64,000 nucleotides of DNA from a virus (IMGVR_UViG_3300034069_001889:13723-77722), one strand, 5' to 3'. Shown: positions 51,834-61,955, numbered from the stretch's first letter. Translations and numbers: made by a program. The notes: generated by a model from the sequence alone, not told the origin.

Positions 51834-53177
51834 TTACCTCTCAACCACCACGAACAAAAAGCCCGTGGTTTGCGCGTTGCCATCGAAATCTTCGTAGAAG
51901 ATACCGTTCGTGGCATTTTTGATGCTGATCGTCGTGTCGTCGAAACGAACGATGACCGAGCGCCTGAGGCCCGGGGGAGTGTAAGTGATGGTTTGAGATC
52001 CCGAGCTGATTGCAACCGCACCTTGAGTCGTCTTCGCGATTGAAAGCGGCTCCAAGGGCGCGGTAAAATCATTCTTTTGAGATGCGTAGACGTGAACGCG
52101 GCGGGGAAAAACCCCGAGTGCGTGCTGAATGGTCTGGTTGAAATCACCACTCACGAGTGAAACGCTCGTGAAACCAGCGTAGCGGGCTTGATAGGCGTAG
52201 GACACAAGTGAGGTCACGTTGGTCCCGTCGAACACCGCGCGGCCGATGTAAACGCGGCCCACGAGTCTCTGGAACGTCTTTGAAGGCGGCGTACTGGTGA
52301 AGCCGAGTGAGGGCGCCACGGTATCGATGAACTGCGCCGAGATGCCGGTCGAAGACGAAGCAAACTCACCGACGATGCGAACTTCGTTGTTCCCGAGCTC
52401 GTCGGGATTCTCGGCGGCGGTCTGAGCCACCACCCAGCGACCGACGTTCAAGTTTCCGGCCGGAGCCGTCACCTCAAGAATGTGGCCAACTTTGACGCCC
52501 GATGCGATGAGGTTGGTGCTCGAAGCCGAGAACTTCGACAATTTGTTGCTCGACGTCATCAGTCCGGTGGTGCCAGCACTGTCCGGCACTTGATAGTACT
52601 GCCGACCCGTCGGATTGCGATCGAGGTAGAGGTAGTACGTGCCGGCGGCGCCGGCGACCGTGACTGCATCCTGAATGGACGTGACCGACCGGTAGCCGTT
52701 GATGTTCGAGACGACCGGGGTGGTGCCCCCGTTGAGCGTCACGACCGCACCGGAGAAAGTCAGCGGGTTGCTCGGACCATTTACGAGGCAGTTGTGGGGC
52801 GTGTCGTCCTGAGCCCAAGCTTGGGAATCTGCCAGGGCGGACAAGCCTTGACGAGCGGTCAAGACCTCAAGATCCCCGGCTTCAAGACGATCATCGAGAG
52901 TGAAAAAATTACCGCCGTCGCCCGATCCGTAAATTTTCGACGAGCGCGCGGCCGCTACTTCCGGAACGTCTTTGAGCGATCCGTCGTCATTGAGCGAACT
53001 CGACAGGCGGTCGGCCAGGGTTTCCGACCCACCCCGGGCATCGATAATCTCCTGGCCAACGGACGACATCTCATCGTCGATCTTCTGGAAGTTTGCGTTG
53101 ACCGGCTCATTCCAGCGATTGAAATACTCGCCGAGCGCCGGAAGGATTAGTTGAAGATAGTTCGTTTTCTTAGCCAT
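51834..53177 (-). CDS. Tail fibre-proximal protein (447 aa)
   Basis: YLQLILPALGEYFNRWNEPVNANFQKID and EIIDARGG..TLADRL segments typical of fibre N-termini. Confidence 0.7.
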   Translation of the reverse strand: MAKKTNYLQLILPALGEYFNRWNEPVNANFQKIDDEMSSVGQEIIDARGGSETLADRLSSSLNDDGSLKDVPEVAAARSSKIYGSGDGGNFFTLDDRLEAGDLEVLTARQGLSALADSQAWAQDDTPHNCLVNGPSNPLTFSGAVVTLNGGTTPVVSNINGYRSVTSIQDAVTVAGAAGTYYLYLDRNPTGRQYYQVPDSAGTTGLMTSSNKLSKFSASSTNLIASGVKVGHILEVTAPAGNLNVGRWVVAQTAAENPDELGNNEVRIVGEFASSSTGISAQFIDTVAPSLGFTSTPPSKTFQRLVGRVYIGRAVFDGTNVTSLVSYAYQARYAGFTSVSLVSGDFNQTIQHALGVFPRRVHVYASQKNDFTAPLEPLSIAKTTQGAVAISSGSQTITYTPPGLRRSVIVRFDDTTISIKNATNGIFYEDFDGNAQTTGFLFVVVER

Positions 53178-53180
53178 CTG

Positions 53181-53996
53181 TTACTCCGTGAAAATGGTGT
53201 ACCTGATCGTGATCGACACGTCGTTCGCCACTTCAAAGGGTACAGATTTGAATGTGCGGATGGTCATCAGCACTTCATCCGGGTTGTTTTGATCCGGAGC
53301 ATTGACCGGCGGTCTGACCAAGCCGTTGTTGGCCGTGGGGTCGATGATCACCAAACCCACCTCGTTGACGCGGGGCTGGCTGGGGTTTGCAAAAGACGTC
53401 AGTGGAACGTCGACGGCATTAAATGTCGTCGTGAACTGGCACTCATTAACGGTGCCCGAGAAGGCGATGTTAATGCCGGTGTTTGACGACGTCGCCGGGA
53501 GCGAGATATTGATTTTGCTCCCCGTCACAACCTCAGTCACGACCGTTCCGGGCGCGATGCCCGTTCCGGTCACCGTCATGCCAATGACGATGCCGACCGT
53601 GGACGAAAGAGCCGTGAGAGTGGCCTGGCCCTGAACCGTGTTACCAACGTAGGTAAAGCCCAATGGCGAATACAGGGTTGGTACGCGTGCGTCGATATCA
53701 CGGCGCGAGATCTCGTGGAAAAGACCGGTGGCTGATTTGACCGGGACTTTGGGCACGGTCGAGTCAGAAGGAATCGTTCCTTGGTCCCCGATGGCCATAC
53801 GGGTGATCACACGCGGCTTGGTCGCGGGGTCGATGATCGATAGGGTCCGAATGATTTCAGCGTTGCCCTGGAAAAGGACGATGTTTCTCAACCGCTGATA
53901 ATCAAACAACTGTCCTTTTTTGTAGGCCAGAATCTCCACCAAACCTTCGAGCAGGCTTGCGTGACTCCTTGGGCCCCGGTTGGGCGTGTGATTCAT
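53181..53996 (-). CDS. Baseplate/tail-collar fibre-attachment protein (~271 aa)
   Basis: ITRMAIGDQG...FTTTFN...VNEVGLV...F.SVP pattern of tail-collar proteins; ATG 53996 with AAGGA RBS. Confidence 0.6.
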   Translation of the reverse strand: MNHTPNRGPRSHASLLEGLVEILAYKKGQLFDYQRLRNIVLFQGNAEIIRTLSIIDPATKPRVITRMAIGDQGTIPSDSTVPKVPVKSATGLFHEISRRDIDARVPTLYSPLGFTYVGNTVQGQATLTALSSTVGIVIGMTVTGTGIAPGTVVTEVVTGSKINISLPATSSNTGINIAFSGTVNECQFTTTFNAVDVPLTSFANPSQPRVNEVGLVIIDPTANNGLVRPPVNAPDQNNPDEVLMTIRTFKSVPFEVANDVSITIRYTIFTE

Positions 53997-54006
53997 GGTC
54001 TTTATT

Positions 54007-55653
54007 TTATCCTTCCAGTACGAACATGTCGATAAGAGAACCTTCTGAGCGGACTTCAACGGCAACACGGTCGCCCGTCGACCATCCTTCGTCTAGACGT
54101 AGGTAAGTGTAGTCGTCGAGCTCGGCTTGGTTCAACTGATCTTGAGACACTTCGGTATTGGGATTGTAGTCGACGTTGGGCGTCACGTTAAAGGACGTGT
54201 GGAGGCCCATGGCCGGTTGACCGTTGGGGTAGCCCGGTCGCGTGTTCCCGGTCGGACCGTCATCTAAGAGAGTCAGCTTTTCCCGAAAAACCCCGACGAG
54301 CACTTGGAAGAGGTAGCTGCGAGATCTGGGTTGAAGCGTAGAGAGAAAGGTGCGGACGTTCGAAAGCTTGATGTCGGGGCTGATGAAGGTCGCCACGTCG
54401 ATCTGGGGCAAATAGGCATTGGCTTCAAGGAGGCGCAGCGCCTTGGTCTCGTCCGTCTCCGGCGAGTTCCCTCGGCTCGCTTTCTCGGTCAGAAAAGGCT
54501 GAACGCCGTAGCGACCGACTTCCTTGTTTACGAAACCTGGATAATTCACTTTATCAAAAACGCGGATGCCGCTGACCAGAGGTTCGAACCGTGTCACGCG
54601 TTGGCCAAAGCCAACGATCGACGTCAGATCGTCGGGGATGGCGAAGGTTTCCGTCGACTGGTCGTCGTAAGTCAGGGTGATTGAGGTCTCGTTCAAGCCC
54701 GTCACCGCCCCGTTGGCGGACGCCGTGGGTAGCCCGAAGAGCAAGTATAACGACCGCTTAATGTTTTCAGGCCTAGGCCCGGTCCAGAAGGCGTACCACA
54801 GACCTTTCACGGCTTTGAGGTAGCTCGCCGTGTTGTTGTCGTAGATGTCGAGGAGGCAGCCGTAGTTGTTGTACGGCGTCTCGTTGTTTACGAACGTGTC
54901 CGGGGCCCACATGAGCGCCGGCGGCTCTTTGGCAAAAGAAATGACGCCCGAGTTGAACTCGATGTCGTAGTCCACGCCCGCTTGCAGATTGACCGAGATA
55001 TTCTCCGGCGTCACCGCGTCCTGAAGTTGCGGAATTGCGGTGATGGTTTTGTCGGCCAAGGCGAAATCGTACGGAAAACGGGGGAACGCGCGCGGAAGAT
55101 CTTGAACCGGATCAAAGCCAAGAATGATCTCGGACGCGTCCTTTGAGGAATCTGACGTGGGCAAGAACTCAATGGAGCTGGCGTCGCCGGTGGTTGGCGA
55201 CCGTAATTCCAGCAATTGATTCGACTGGACCGCGAACGCGATCGTATCTCCAAAGATGGAATTGATACGCTGAACGATTTCGCTGAGTTTTGTTTTGGAC
55301 GCGTCCACGCCGCGCAGATCCAGTTCGCGGGCGGGGCCATCATCGACCCGGAGCGCAATCAGGTATCGATTTTCTAGGTTGATGCCAAGACTTAAGTCCT
55401 GTCCCGACCTGTAAACGGCCGCCTGATTGATCGCGGTGGTGTCGTCAAAGACGAAGCTCTGCCACCGACGGATATTGTAGAGCGGCAGGTAGTCGATGTT
55501 GACCGCCATCTTCCGCTCGAACATCTGCATGTAGACGTCGCCGTAAGTCTGCTCGTACGCCTTCCACGTCTCGGCAAAACGCAGGCGGTCAGCTTCGGGA
55601 AGAAGCCCCCACACGTCGTCGAGATAGTTAAAGATGTACTCAGAATTACTCAC
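54007..55653 (-). CDS. Baseplate wedge protein (548 aa)
   Basis: Located just after the J-like gene; YLKAVKGLWYAFWTGPRPENIKRSLYLLFGLP resembles wedge (gpI-like) proteins. Confidence 0.55.
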   Translation of the reverse strand: MSNSEYIFNYLDDVWGLLPEADRLRFAETWKAYEQTYGDVYMQMFERKMAVNIDYLPLYNIRRWQSFVFDDTTAINQAAVYRSGQDLSLGINLENRYLIALRVDDGPARELDLRGVDASKTKLSEIVQRINSIFGDTIAFAVQSNQLLELRSPTTGDASSIEFLPTSDSSKDASEIILGFDPVQDLPRAFPRFPYDFALADKTITAIPQLQDAVTPENISVNLQAGVDYDIEFNSGVISFAKEPPALMWAPDTFVNNETPYNNYGCLLDIYDNNTASYLKAVKGLWYAFWTGPRPENIKRSLYLLFGLPTASANGAVTGLNETSITLTYDDQSTETFAIPDDLTSIVGFGQRVTRFEPLVSGIRVFDKVNYPGFVNKEVGRYGVQPFLTEKASRGNSPETDETKALRLLEANAYLPQIDVATFISPDIKLSNVRTFLSTLQPRSRSYLFQVLVGVFREKLTLLDDGPTGNTRPGYPNGQPAMGLHTSFNVTPNVDYNPNTEVSQDQLNQAELDDYTYLRLDEGWSTGDRVAVEVRSEGSLIDMFVLEG

Positions 55654-55656
55654 AAC

Positions 55657-56199
55657 CTAGTGAACCTTGCTGCCGTAGTAAGTCGCTCCGGCCAGGGCGC
55701 CAAGCGCTCCGACGTTCGTCAAGCTTTTCCGCATGCCGGCCTTATCACCTTCTTTGTGCTCTTTGTACGCGTTGTGAGCGTCGACACCGGCAAGGGCGCC
55801 GAGACCACCGTACTCAAGACCTAAGTGAAGCTTGCGAACGTTTGCCGGATTCTTTAAGCCCTTGAGCGCCGCCTGACCTCCCTCCCGGAGCGTCTCGGCC
55901 ATCCCACTCGCGGTCTTCCCGAGGATGTTGGTGGCCGGAACCGGGCTGCCCATGGCTTTTGAAATGGCTTTTTGATTGTAGCGCGCAATAGCACTATCAA
56001 CGCCGCCCGGCTTTACCGTACCGAGTAGGCGGTCGCGACCCTCGTGCAAAATACGCTTCTTATAATCCGCATCAGTCATGCGGCCGGCCATACCTCGCGC
56101 GGCGGCAGTTGCTTTGCCAATTGATTGAGGCAGGTGTAGCGTCGGCATGGTGTAAGGAACGGGCGCTCTGGCAATTTTAATGAAACCTTGGGTGAACAT
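55657..56199 (-). CDS. Basic Gly/Ala-rich protein (180 aa) with MFTQGFIKIA leader
   Basis: GAGGAG RBS; leader motif; internal LGKTAS; C-terminal glycine zippers. Confidence 0.8.
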   Translation of the reverse strand: MFTQGFIKIARAPVPYTMPTLHLPQSIGKATAAARGMAGRMTDADYKKRILHEGRDRLLGTVKPGGVDSAIARYNQKAISKAMGSPVPATNILGKTASGMAETLREGGQAALKGLKNPANVRKLHLGLEYGGLGALAGVDAHNAYKEHKEGDKAGMRKSLTNVGALGALAGATYYGSKVH

Positions 56200-56208
56200 G
56201 TTCTCTCC

Positions 56209-58713
56209 TCAGATGTCGTTGACCGTGATCTGACCGGGGTAAAAGTGAAGGATTCGCTTCGTCGTGTAATTTTCGGTATCGCGGTCCAAGACCACGTCTG
56301 GGAACTGCAGGATGTCTTGATTTTGCAAAATGGTCGTCGTCCCGTCCGGGTTGACCACCGTCGCGCTCATGTCGAATGGAATTTGAACGGACTCAACACC
56401 CTGGTTCTCAAGCAATTGAGACACGTCCGAGGCAATCACTCCGTCGAGACCGCTTTTCTGATTCACGAAATCTTGGACGAGTTTGGACAGCACGTCGTTG
56501 GTCGGCGTGGTCAAATTTTTAGGATCGCGCCGGACACTCAAATTCATGTCGACAAAAGCCGGCACGAAGTTCTTCGGCAGCACGTCCGCCCCCGTCACGC
56601 GCTCGCTATCGTCTCGGGAGAGATTGTGAATGTCGACGATCTCGGGCACCCAGCGGTAGGTCACCCGGTAGCTGCGTGATAAAGCGTCTTCTCCGAAAAG
56701 AATGACCGCGTTGTCGAACACGGAGAATCGGTCGCGGGGCGCGAGAATTTTAAATTCATATTCCCCGCCCGCACCAATGCCGTACCCGCCCGAACCAAAC
56801 CCACCAAATCCATACCCTCGCGGAGGCAAGAGGGGATCCGCGATTGTTTCACCGGATTCGGGATCAATCTCCTGGACCGACACGATGTCAATCAGCGGAG
56901 TATTGGCCAAAGTCATGTCGGTCCGGCCGGGACGAATGCCGCGGTTAAGCCCATCCGCCAAGAGCGTTTGCGCGCCCACGTCGATTGAAATGGGGTTGTA
57001 CTGATAATCAATCACCACGACTTGGTTGCTGACTACCGAGTATTGAACCTGATCAAACGCCTGCGTCGGTGTGAAGCCTTGCAGAGACAAGCGCTGCGTG
57101 CTGATCACGTCGAGCACGTTGAACGACTGCGGCAGATCGCCGATCACGGTCCCCTCGGTCTCGCCGGCAATTGCGGTGACGGTGACTGTATCGCCGACGC
57201 GAACCTTACAAGGTGCGTAAGCATCGAGGAACTTGTCGGCCACGCTCGATTCGAAATAATAAGCGTTGCCGTCCAAAACAACCCGGCCGTCCGTCGCGCC
57301 GTTGATCATGGTCTGGCCGCTCAAGATGGTCGGCAGCTCTCGTCCCTGAAATGGCTTTTGGTAGATAAGCCCACCGTCATAGTCGACGGCGTAATCCACG
57401 GTCTCTTGATAAACCTCCGCCGCAACACCCGTGACGGTCTGCGGGAAGCTGGACGTCCCAAAAAGCGCCGTACCACCTTGAGCAAAGGCTCCGGTGTCGA
57501 GGAGAGTGATCTGCGACTGCCCGCCGACGATCTGCGACGTGATCTGGATTCGGTTACCCGACGCTGGCTTTGCCACCGTGAAGCCCACGGCCGCGTTGAT
57601 CGAGTTGATGATCTCAAATCGCTGGGTTGCGAATGGCGTGGCGCCCGAGATCTTGATTCGAGTCGCGGGCAAGCTATCAATTTGGATGTTGATGAATTCT
57701 TTTCCGACCAAATTGAGGCCCGTGCTCGGCGGGATTTGTAAGGACAAGAGAGCCGCCGAAGTTTCGACCACGTCCTCGCGAACGCGCACCGACCCCGTCA
57801 CCAGCTGCGGCGTACCCAGGTCGGAGGGAATGATCGCGTCGTCGACCGCCTTCGCCATTTCGATGTGCGCCTGGCGGTCGATGTTGCGAGTCAAATCAAA
57901 ATCCAGGCCCGCGAAATCTTGAGACGCCGTCGTGAGCGAAGGCGTTTTGAGGTAAACGTCCGTTCGTCCGCCCACGTGAACATTGTACTCAATGTCCCGC
58001 TGCATCTCGGGGTCGCCCATGCCGATCGAAGAAATCTGGCGAATGAACGGGAATTTCTCGCGCAGAATGGCGTTGATGCCCTTGGTCGTCTCTAGGTCGC
58101 GAACGCCAATTGAGTTTTGCGCGCGGGACAAGAGCTGCGTATTTGTTTCTCGCGGAAGTCCGCCGACGGCGGCACTGAGATTGGTGACCCGGATCGAATC
58201 CGTGTCGTTCACAAACCCAGTCAGCGCGCCAGCATCAAGGTTGTAATCATCCCCCTCGCTTTGAGCTCGGGCGGCGACGTCGACGTAGTAAAACGTACCC
58301 TCGGTCTGAAGCGCCATCTCCTGGGCGGTGATGAGGATGTCTTCGGAGTTGAAGTACGAGAGCGAGCCGGCCGTGAACTCTGCGGAAAAAGCCGGATATT
58401 CTTTATCAAGCGGATCCGCGTAGTAAATACGGACGGTCGTGGTCGCGAAACTACCCTCGTCACGCGTTACAAAAAGATTGGCCACCAGATCGTCAACGTC
58501 AGATTCCGTATACGAATCCGGGTCCGGCTGCGCCAAGATCCGGCGAATACTTTGCGAGACCAGGATTTGGTCGAGCGTGTTACTGAGCGGCTGGAGCATG
58601 AGCTCCTGCGGCTTGATGAACATTTCGTGAAACGCCGTGCCCGGCCTGGTGTCAAAGTCCGGATCGGCCTCTTGGATGCGGGCACGAATAAATTCAACTA
58701 CTGGCAATTCCAT
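56209..58713 (-). CDS. Baseplate J-like wedge protein (834 aa)
   Basis: DTRPGTAFHEMFIKP...A.AQSEGDDYNL...VTNLSAAVGGLPRETNTQLLSRAQ, a BppJ/gp6-type pattern. Confidence 0.8.
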   Translation of the reverse strand: MELPVVEFIRARIQEADPDFDTRPGTAFHEMFIKPQELMLQPLSNTLDQILVSQSIRRILAQPDPDSYTESDVDDLVANLFVTRDEGSFATTTVRIYYADPLDKEYPAFSAEFTAGSLSYFNSEDILITAQEMALQTEGTFYYVDVAARAQSEGDDYNLDAGALTGFVNDTDSIRVTNLSAAVGGLPRETNTQLLSRAQNSIGVRDLETTKGINAILREKFPFIRQISSIGMGDPEMQRDIEYNVHVGGRTDVYLKTPSLTTASQDFAGLDFDLTRNIDRQAHIEMAKAVDDAIIPSDLGTPQLVTGSVRVREDVVETSAALLSLQIPPSTGLNLVGKEFINIQIDSLPATRIKISGATPFATQRFEIINSINAAVGFTVAKPASGNRIQITSQIVGGQSQITLLDTGAFAQGGTALFGTSSFPQTVTGVAAEVYQETVDYAVDYDGGLIYQKPFQGRELPTILSGQTMINGATDGRVVLDGNAYYFESSVADKFLDAYAPCKVRVGDTVTVTAIAGETEGTVIGDLPQSFNVLDVISTQRLSLQGFTPTQAFDQVQYSVVSNQVVVIDYQYNPISIDVGAQTLLADGLNRGIRPGRTDMTLANTPLIDIVSVQEIDPESGETIADPLLPPRGYGFGGFGSGGYGIGAGGEYEFKILAPRDRFSVFDNAVILFGEDALSRSYRVTYRWVPEIVDIHNLSRDDSERVTGADVLPKNFVPAFVDMNLSVRRDPKNLTTPTNDVLSKLVQDFVNQKSGLDGVIASDVSQLLENQGVESVQIPFDMSATVVNPDGTTTILQNQDILQFPDVVLDRDTENYTTKRILHFYPGQITVNDI

Positions 58714-59126
58714 TACACCACCACGCTCGTCGTCTGACCGGCTTCGCTCGTAAGTTTCAATCGAACGGCCGTGTCCGCAGTGACCGGATCCGAGATCACC
58801 TCAAGCACCTTGAGGCTTGCAAGCTTTTCGGTGGCCCCGACGTCCGTGTTGACCTGGTTCGTTATGATTTCTTGAGCAATCTTATTAATTCTCTGGATGA
58901 CCTCAAGCTTGATCTCGGACGGGTCCGAGTAATTCATTTGCCCAATTAGCCCCCGCAGACCAGCCCCCTCTAGGGGCGTAAACACGTCTTGACCCTGATT
59001 CTTCAAGATGGCGATGACTACGATCTGGACCAAAAGCTGAATGCCCCGGACCGGCCGCGGTGTCTTAGGGATGCCTACTGTGGCAAGTCCCGTGTACGGG
59101 TCGAAAGAAACAAGCGGGAAATCCAT
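58713..59126 (-). CDS. gp25/GPW-like baseplate wedge protein (~137 aa)
   Basis: LVQIVVIAILKNQGQDVFTPLEGAGLRGLIG...LKVLEV...VRLKLTS.AG; directly upstream of the J-like gene; start at ATG 59126. Confidence 0.7.
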   Translation of the reverse strand: MDFPLVSFDPYTGLATVGIPKTPRPVRGIQLLVQIVVIAILKNQGQDVFTPLEGAGLRGLIGQMNYSDPSEIKLEVIQRINKIAQEIITNQVNTDVGATEKLASLKVLEVISDPVTADTAVRLKLTSEAGQTTSVVV

Positions 59127-59151
59127 TGCCTTGCATTGTAACCCAGCGAAC

Positions 59152-61062
59152 TTATGATTGTAAGCCAGCTTGGGCGCGATTGGTGTTAAAACCAGCAATC
59201 GCGTTTGAGACGTCGGCGTCCGCCTTTGAAGCGGGCGTGGTGGCATTCGTCGAATCAAGTTGTTGGGCCGCTTCGACCGCCGGCAAGATTGATGATTTAA
59301 TCTGCTTTAGCTTGGCCACGAGCTCGTCTTGCGCCGCATCAACCGTGGATGCGTACGATCGGTTGGCCTCGATCTCTTTGGCTTTTTTGTCGCGCTCGAC
59401 ATTGTCCCGCAAGTTCTCGATCTTGCTCACCTGTGCGTCGGTCGCGTTTGGCTGGGCCTTCACGAGCGACAACACCTGGTTCATGCCCACGACCGCCGAT
59501 CCTGCGTAAGTGGCCGTATCCGGAGTGACGTTGAACAGCTCCCGAATCTTTCCATCCGAGATCAATCCCGCCACGCGGTCGAGGCCGTATTTATTGGCAA
59601 TACCGTAAGCCTGCCCGATGATTTGCCGAGCCGGACCTTGAAGACTTGATGTCGTGCTCAAGAATTGGCTGATCGCGCTGCGAAGCCTCGTCGAATGAGT
59701 GGCGGACGTCGTGAAGTAGGCGCCCACCGCCCGAAATTCGGCGGTGATCTGTACTTTGGTTTGTTGTGTGGCCGTGATCGTGTTGACCCGGAGCATGAGC
59801 CTGGTAATCGCGCGGACGCCCGTCTCGACGTCTTCTCGGCCTTGCGTACAGTTAAACGTACCGCCCGTGTAAGATAAGTTACCCATATTTTCGATCGCGG
59901 TCTTCGAGCGCAGGTAGGAGCTAACCGAATTCGAGGTCTTGTCGAGAGTTTCGAGACCTTTCTTAGGGTTGAGCCGCATCCACTCGATAATCGCCTGGAG
60001 CTTGATGCCCCAGCCCGTGGCCTGCGAAGTCAGCTTAGTTCCGTAGCCCGCCCCGGCCGGATTCAAATCCGGATAGCGGTCGATGTCGGGGTAAAGCTGT
60101 GACTTCATGCTCGCGAGAAGGTCGTCGAGTTGCGAAATCCCCGCGTTGATGTGGTCGATGGCAACTTGATCGATGTTGTCGTTTCGCTTGAAGCTTGCGA
60201 TCCAACCATCAAGAGCGTCCGCGTAGGTGTTAAGGAGCAGATTGATGTTGGTCACCGACTTGACGTAGCTTAGAAGCGTTGTGCCGAGTTTGAGCGTCAG
60301 ACCGGGTATTACCAAAGCTGCGGCCAACGCATCTTTGTTGGTTTGCCTCTTGATGGTGGCGCTTGCGTAATCCTTGACGGCTTGAATTGAGCTAACGTTG
60401 ACGCCGCGGTCGGGCAGGATGAGTGCCTGGGCCGATTGAAGGTCTGTCATGGCGGACGTAAATTCCAGTGTCTGATACCGGTGCCGCACCTGAAGAACAC
60501 GAACCACGTCTTTGAATTTACGGTCAGCGTTGGTCATGAGCGTGTAGGCTTGGATCAATTGCTTAATGTAGCCATCCAGGAACGGAGAGCTGTTCAAGAT
60601 GATGGCGCACGCATTATGGATGGCCACGAGCTGGGCCTGGATGTCTTTGAGCAAAGCATCCTTGGCGTCGAGCTCCTTGAGGATGTTCCTCGCCGTGTTC
60701 CGCGCCAATTCCATGGCAACCTCGACCTCGAACGTCGAAATAGTCGCCCAGGCTTGAAAGAAGTTCTGCACCGCATTTTGGATTGGCGACAGATTAACCT
60801 TTGAAAGTGCCTGACTGACGAGGCTCTGGACCACAGGAGTTGCCATCTGGTTGAGCGTATCGGTGCCCATCTGAACCAGGGGATTTGTCGCAAGTTTCGC
60901 GCGAACGTTGTCGAGCGAGGTCGTTTGAATAGAGTTTTTGGCAATTCCTAACGGATCAGTTTTCTCCGAAAGCTTGGCGGAAGAAAAAAGCTTGGCCGCG
61001 TCGGACGACGACTTGGCGAGGTACTCCTCCAGTGCTTTGACCGAATCCGAGAGACTTGCCAT
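59152..61062 (-). CDS. Large helical hypothetical protein (636 aa)
   Basis: ATG overlaps the sigma stop; predominantly amphipathic helices. Confidence 0.8.
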   Translation of the reverse strand: MASLSDSVKALEEYLAKSSSDAAKLFSSAKLSEKTDPLGIAKNSIQTTSLDNVRAKLATNPLVQMGTDTLNQMATPVVQSLVSQALSKVNLSPIQNAVQNFFQAWATISTFEVEVAMELARNTARNILKELDAKDALLKDIQAQLVAIHNACAIILNSSPFLDGYIKQLIQAYTLMTNADRKFKDVVRVLQVRHRYQTLEFTSAMTDLQSAQALILPDRGVNVSSIQAVKDYASATIKRQTNKDALAAALVIPGLTLKLGTTLLSYVKSVTNINLLLNTYADALDGWIASFKRNDNIDQVAIDHINAGISQLDDLLASMKSQLYPDIDRYPDLNPAGAGYGTKLTSQATGWGIKLQAIIEWMRLNPKKGLETLDKTSNSVSSYLRSKTAIENMGNLSYTGGTFNCTQGREDVETGVRAITRLMLRVNTITATQQTKVQITAEFRAVGAYFTTSATHSTRLRSAISQFLSTTSSLQGPARQIIGQAYGIANKYGLDRVAGLISDGKIRELFNVTPDTATYAGSAVVGMNQVLSLVKAQPNATDAQVSKIENLRDNVERDKKAKEIEANRSYASTVDAAQDELVAKLKQIKSSILPAVEAAQQLDSTNATTPASKADADVSNAIAGFNTNRAQAGLQS

Positions 61063-61955
61063 TAATCTTCGTCCTCGCCGTCCACGTGGTCACTAATGTG
61101 CTCGCCAATATTGATCTTCTTTTGATAATTTTCGGCCGCGCGCGCAAGCGTCTTACGAATCGAACGAACTTGGGCGAGGGGTAGTCCGGTTGCTTTTGCT
61201 ATTGCCGGAATATCCGGTCGGCCCGTGCTTTTGACGAGGGCTTTCTTACCGTACATGCCCGCCGTGTAATCGAGGACGGCTTGCTGCGGACGCGTCAGCG
61301 TGGGTCGAATGTCGTGAAGCATCGTCATCGCGGCGTTTGATTGATTGATCGCATTTCCGCGCCCCAAGAAGTTCTCATTTGAATAAAGATCCTTTTTGAC
61401 CTCGCGCTGAAGCTTCTCGACTTCAGACAGCGGCAGCGTGATCTCGTCCGCAATCTCGGCTGTCGTTGGATCTCGGCCGAGCATTTCACGCAGGTGGTAA
61501 AGAGCGTTTTGATACGTCTGATACTTCACCGCCCGGCCTTCGGGGATGTAACCAATGTTCTGATATTTGAGGTTCAGACGTTTACCGGCCTGCCGGACCG
61601 TGTTCATGGCGTGGTACCGAAACGTTCCCTTGCTCGGATCGTAGCGGCGAATGGACTCCAAAAAGTTCTGAGCCGCATAAGCCATGTGCGCCGCCTGCGG
61701 CAGGGGTGAGCGGTGACTGTTGGTGCTCATGGCCGAGATGATGGCCGGCTTGAACGACGTGTAGAGCGGCATGAAGGTCTCTTGACTCGGATTCTTTTTA
61801 AATTCCTTGAGAAGCTCAAGCTCCTTTTCACGCTTGATCTTCATGGCGTCGTCAGCGACCTTGACCATGTTCGGTCCAAACTCCAACACATCGAGCTCGG
61901 CCTCGGTCAGCATGTCACTTGAATCCAGCTCGAAGTCCCAATCTTGATTATCCAC
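61062..61955 (-). CDS. Sigma-70-family RNA polymerase sigma factor (FliA/SigF-like)
   Basis: Region 2-like FLESIRRYDPSKGTFRYHA; region 3 LGRDPTTAEIADEITLPLSEV; region 4-like LTRPQQAVLDY...IAKATGLPLAQVRSI; GTG 61955 with GGAGAGG RBS. Confidence 0.85.
   Translation of the reverse strand: MDNQDWDFELDSSDMLTEAELDVLEFGPNMVKVADDAMKIKREKELELLKEFKKNPSQETFMPLYTSFKPAIISAMSTNSHRSPLPQAAHMAYAAQNFLESIRRYDPSKGTFRYHAMNTVRQAGKRLNLKYQNIGYIPEGRAVKYQTYQNALYHLREMLGRDPTTAEIADEITLPLSEVEKLQREVKKDLYSNENFLGRGNAINQSNAAMTMLHDIRPTLTRPQQAVLDYTAGMYGKKALVKSTGRPDIPAIAKATGLPLAQVRSIRKTLARAAENYQKKINIGEHISDHVDGEDED

Noticed and set aside
40549-53177. Diversity-generating retroelement or shufflon acting on fibre genes
   Set aside because: No reverse transcriptase, no near-identical template/variable repeat pair differing at adenines, no invertase or crossover repeats seen in the window.
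4802-56199. Tag family as a DNA repeat, MITE or recombination cassette
   Set aside because: Nucleotide sequences differ at synonymous positions and flanks share no repeats; conservation is at the peptide level only.
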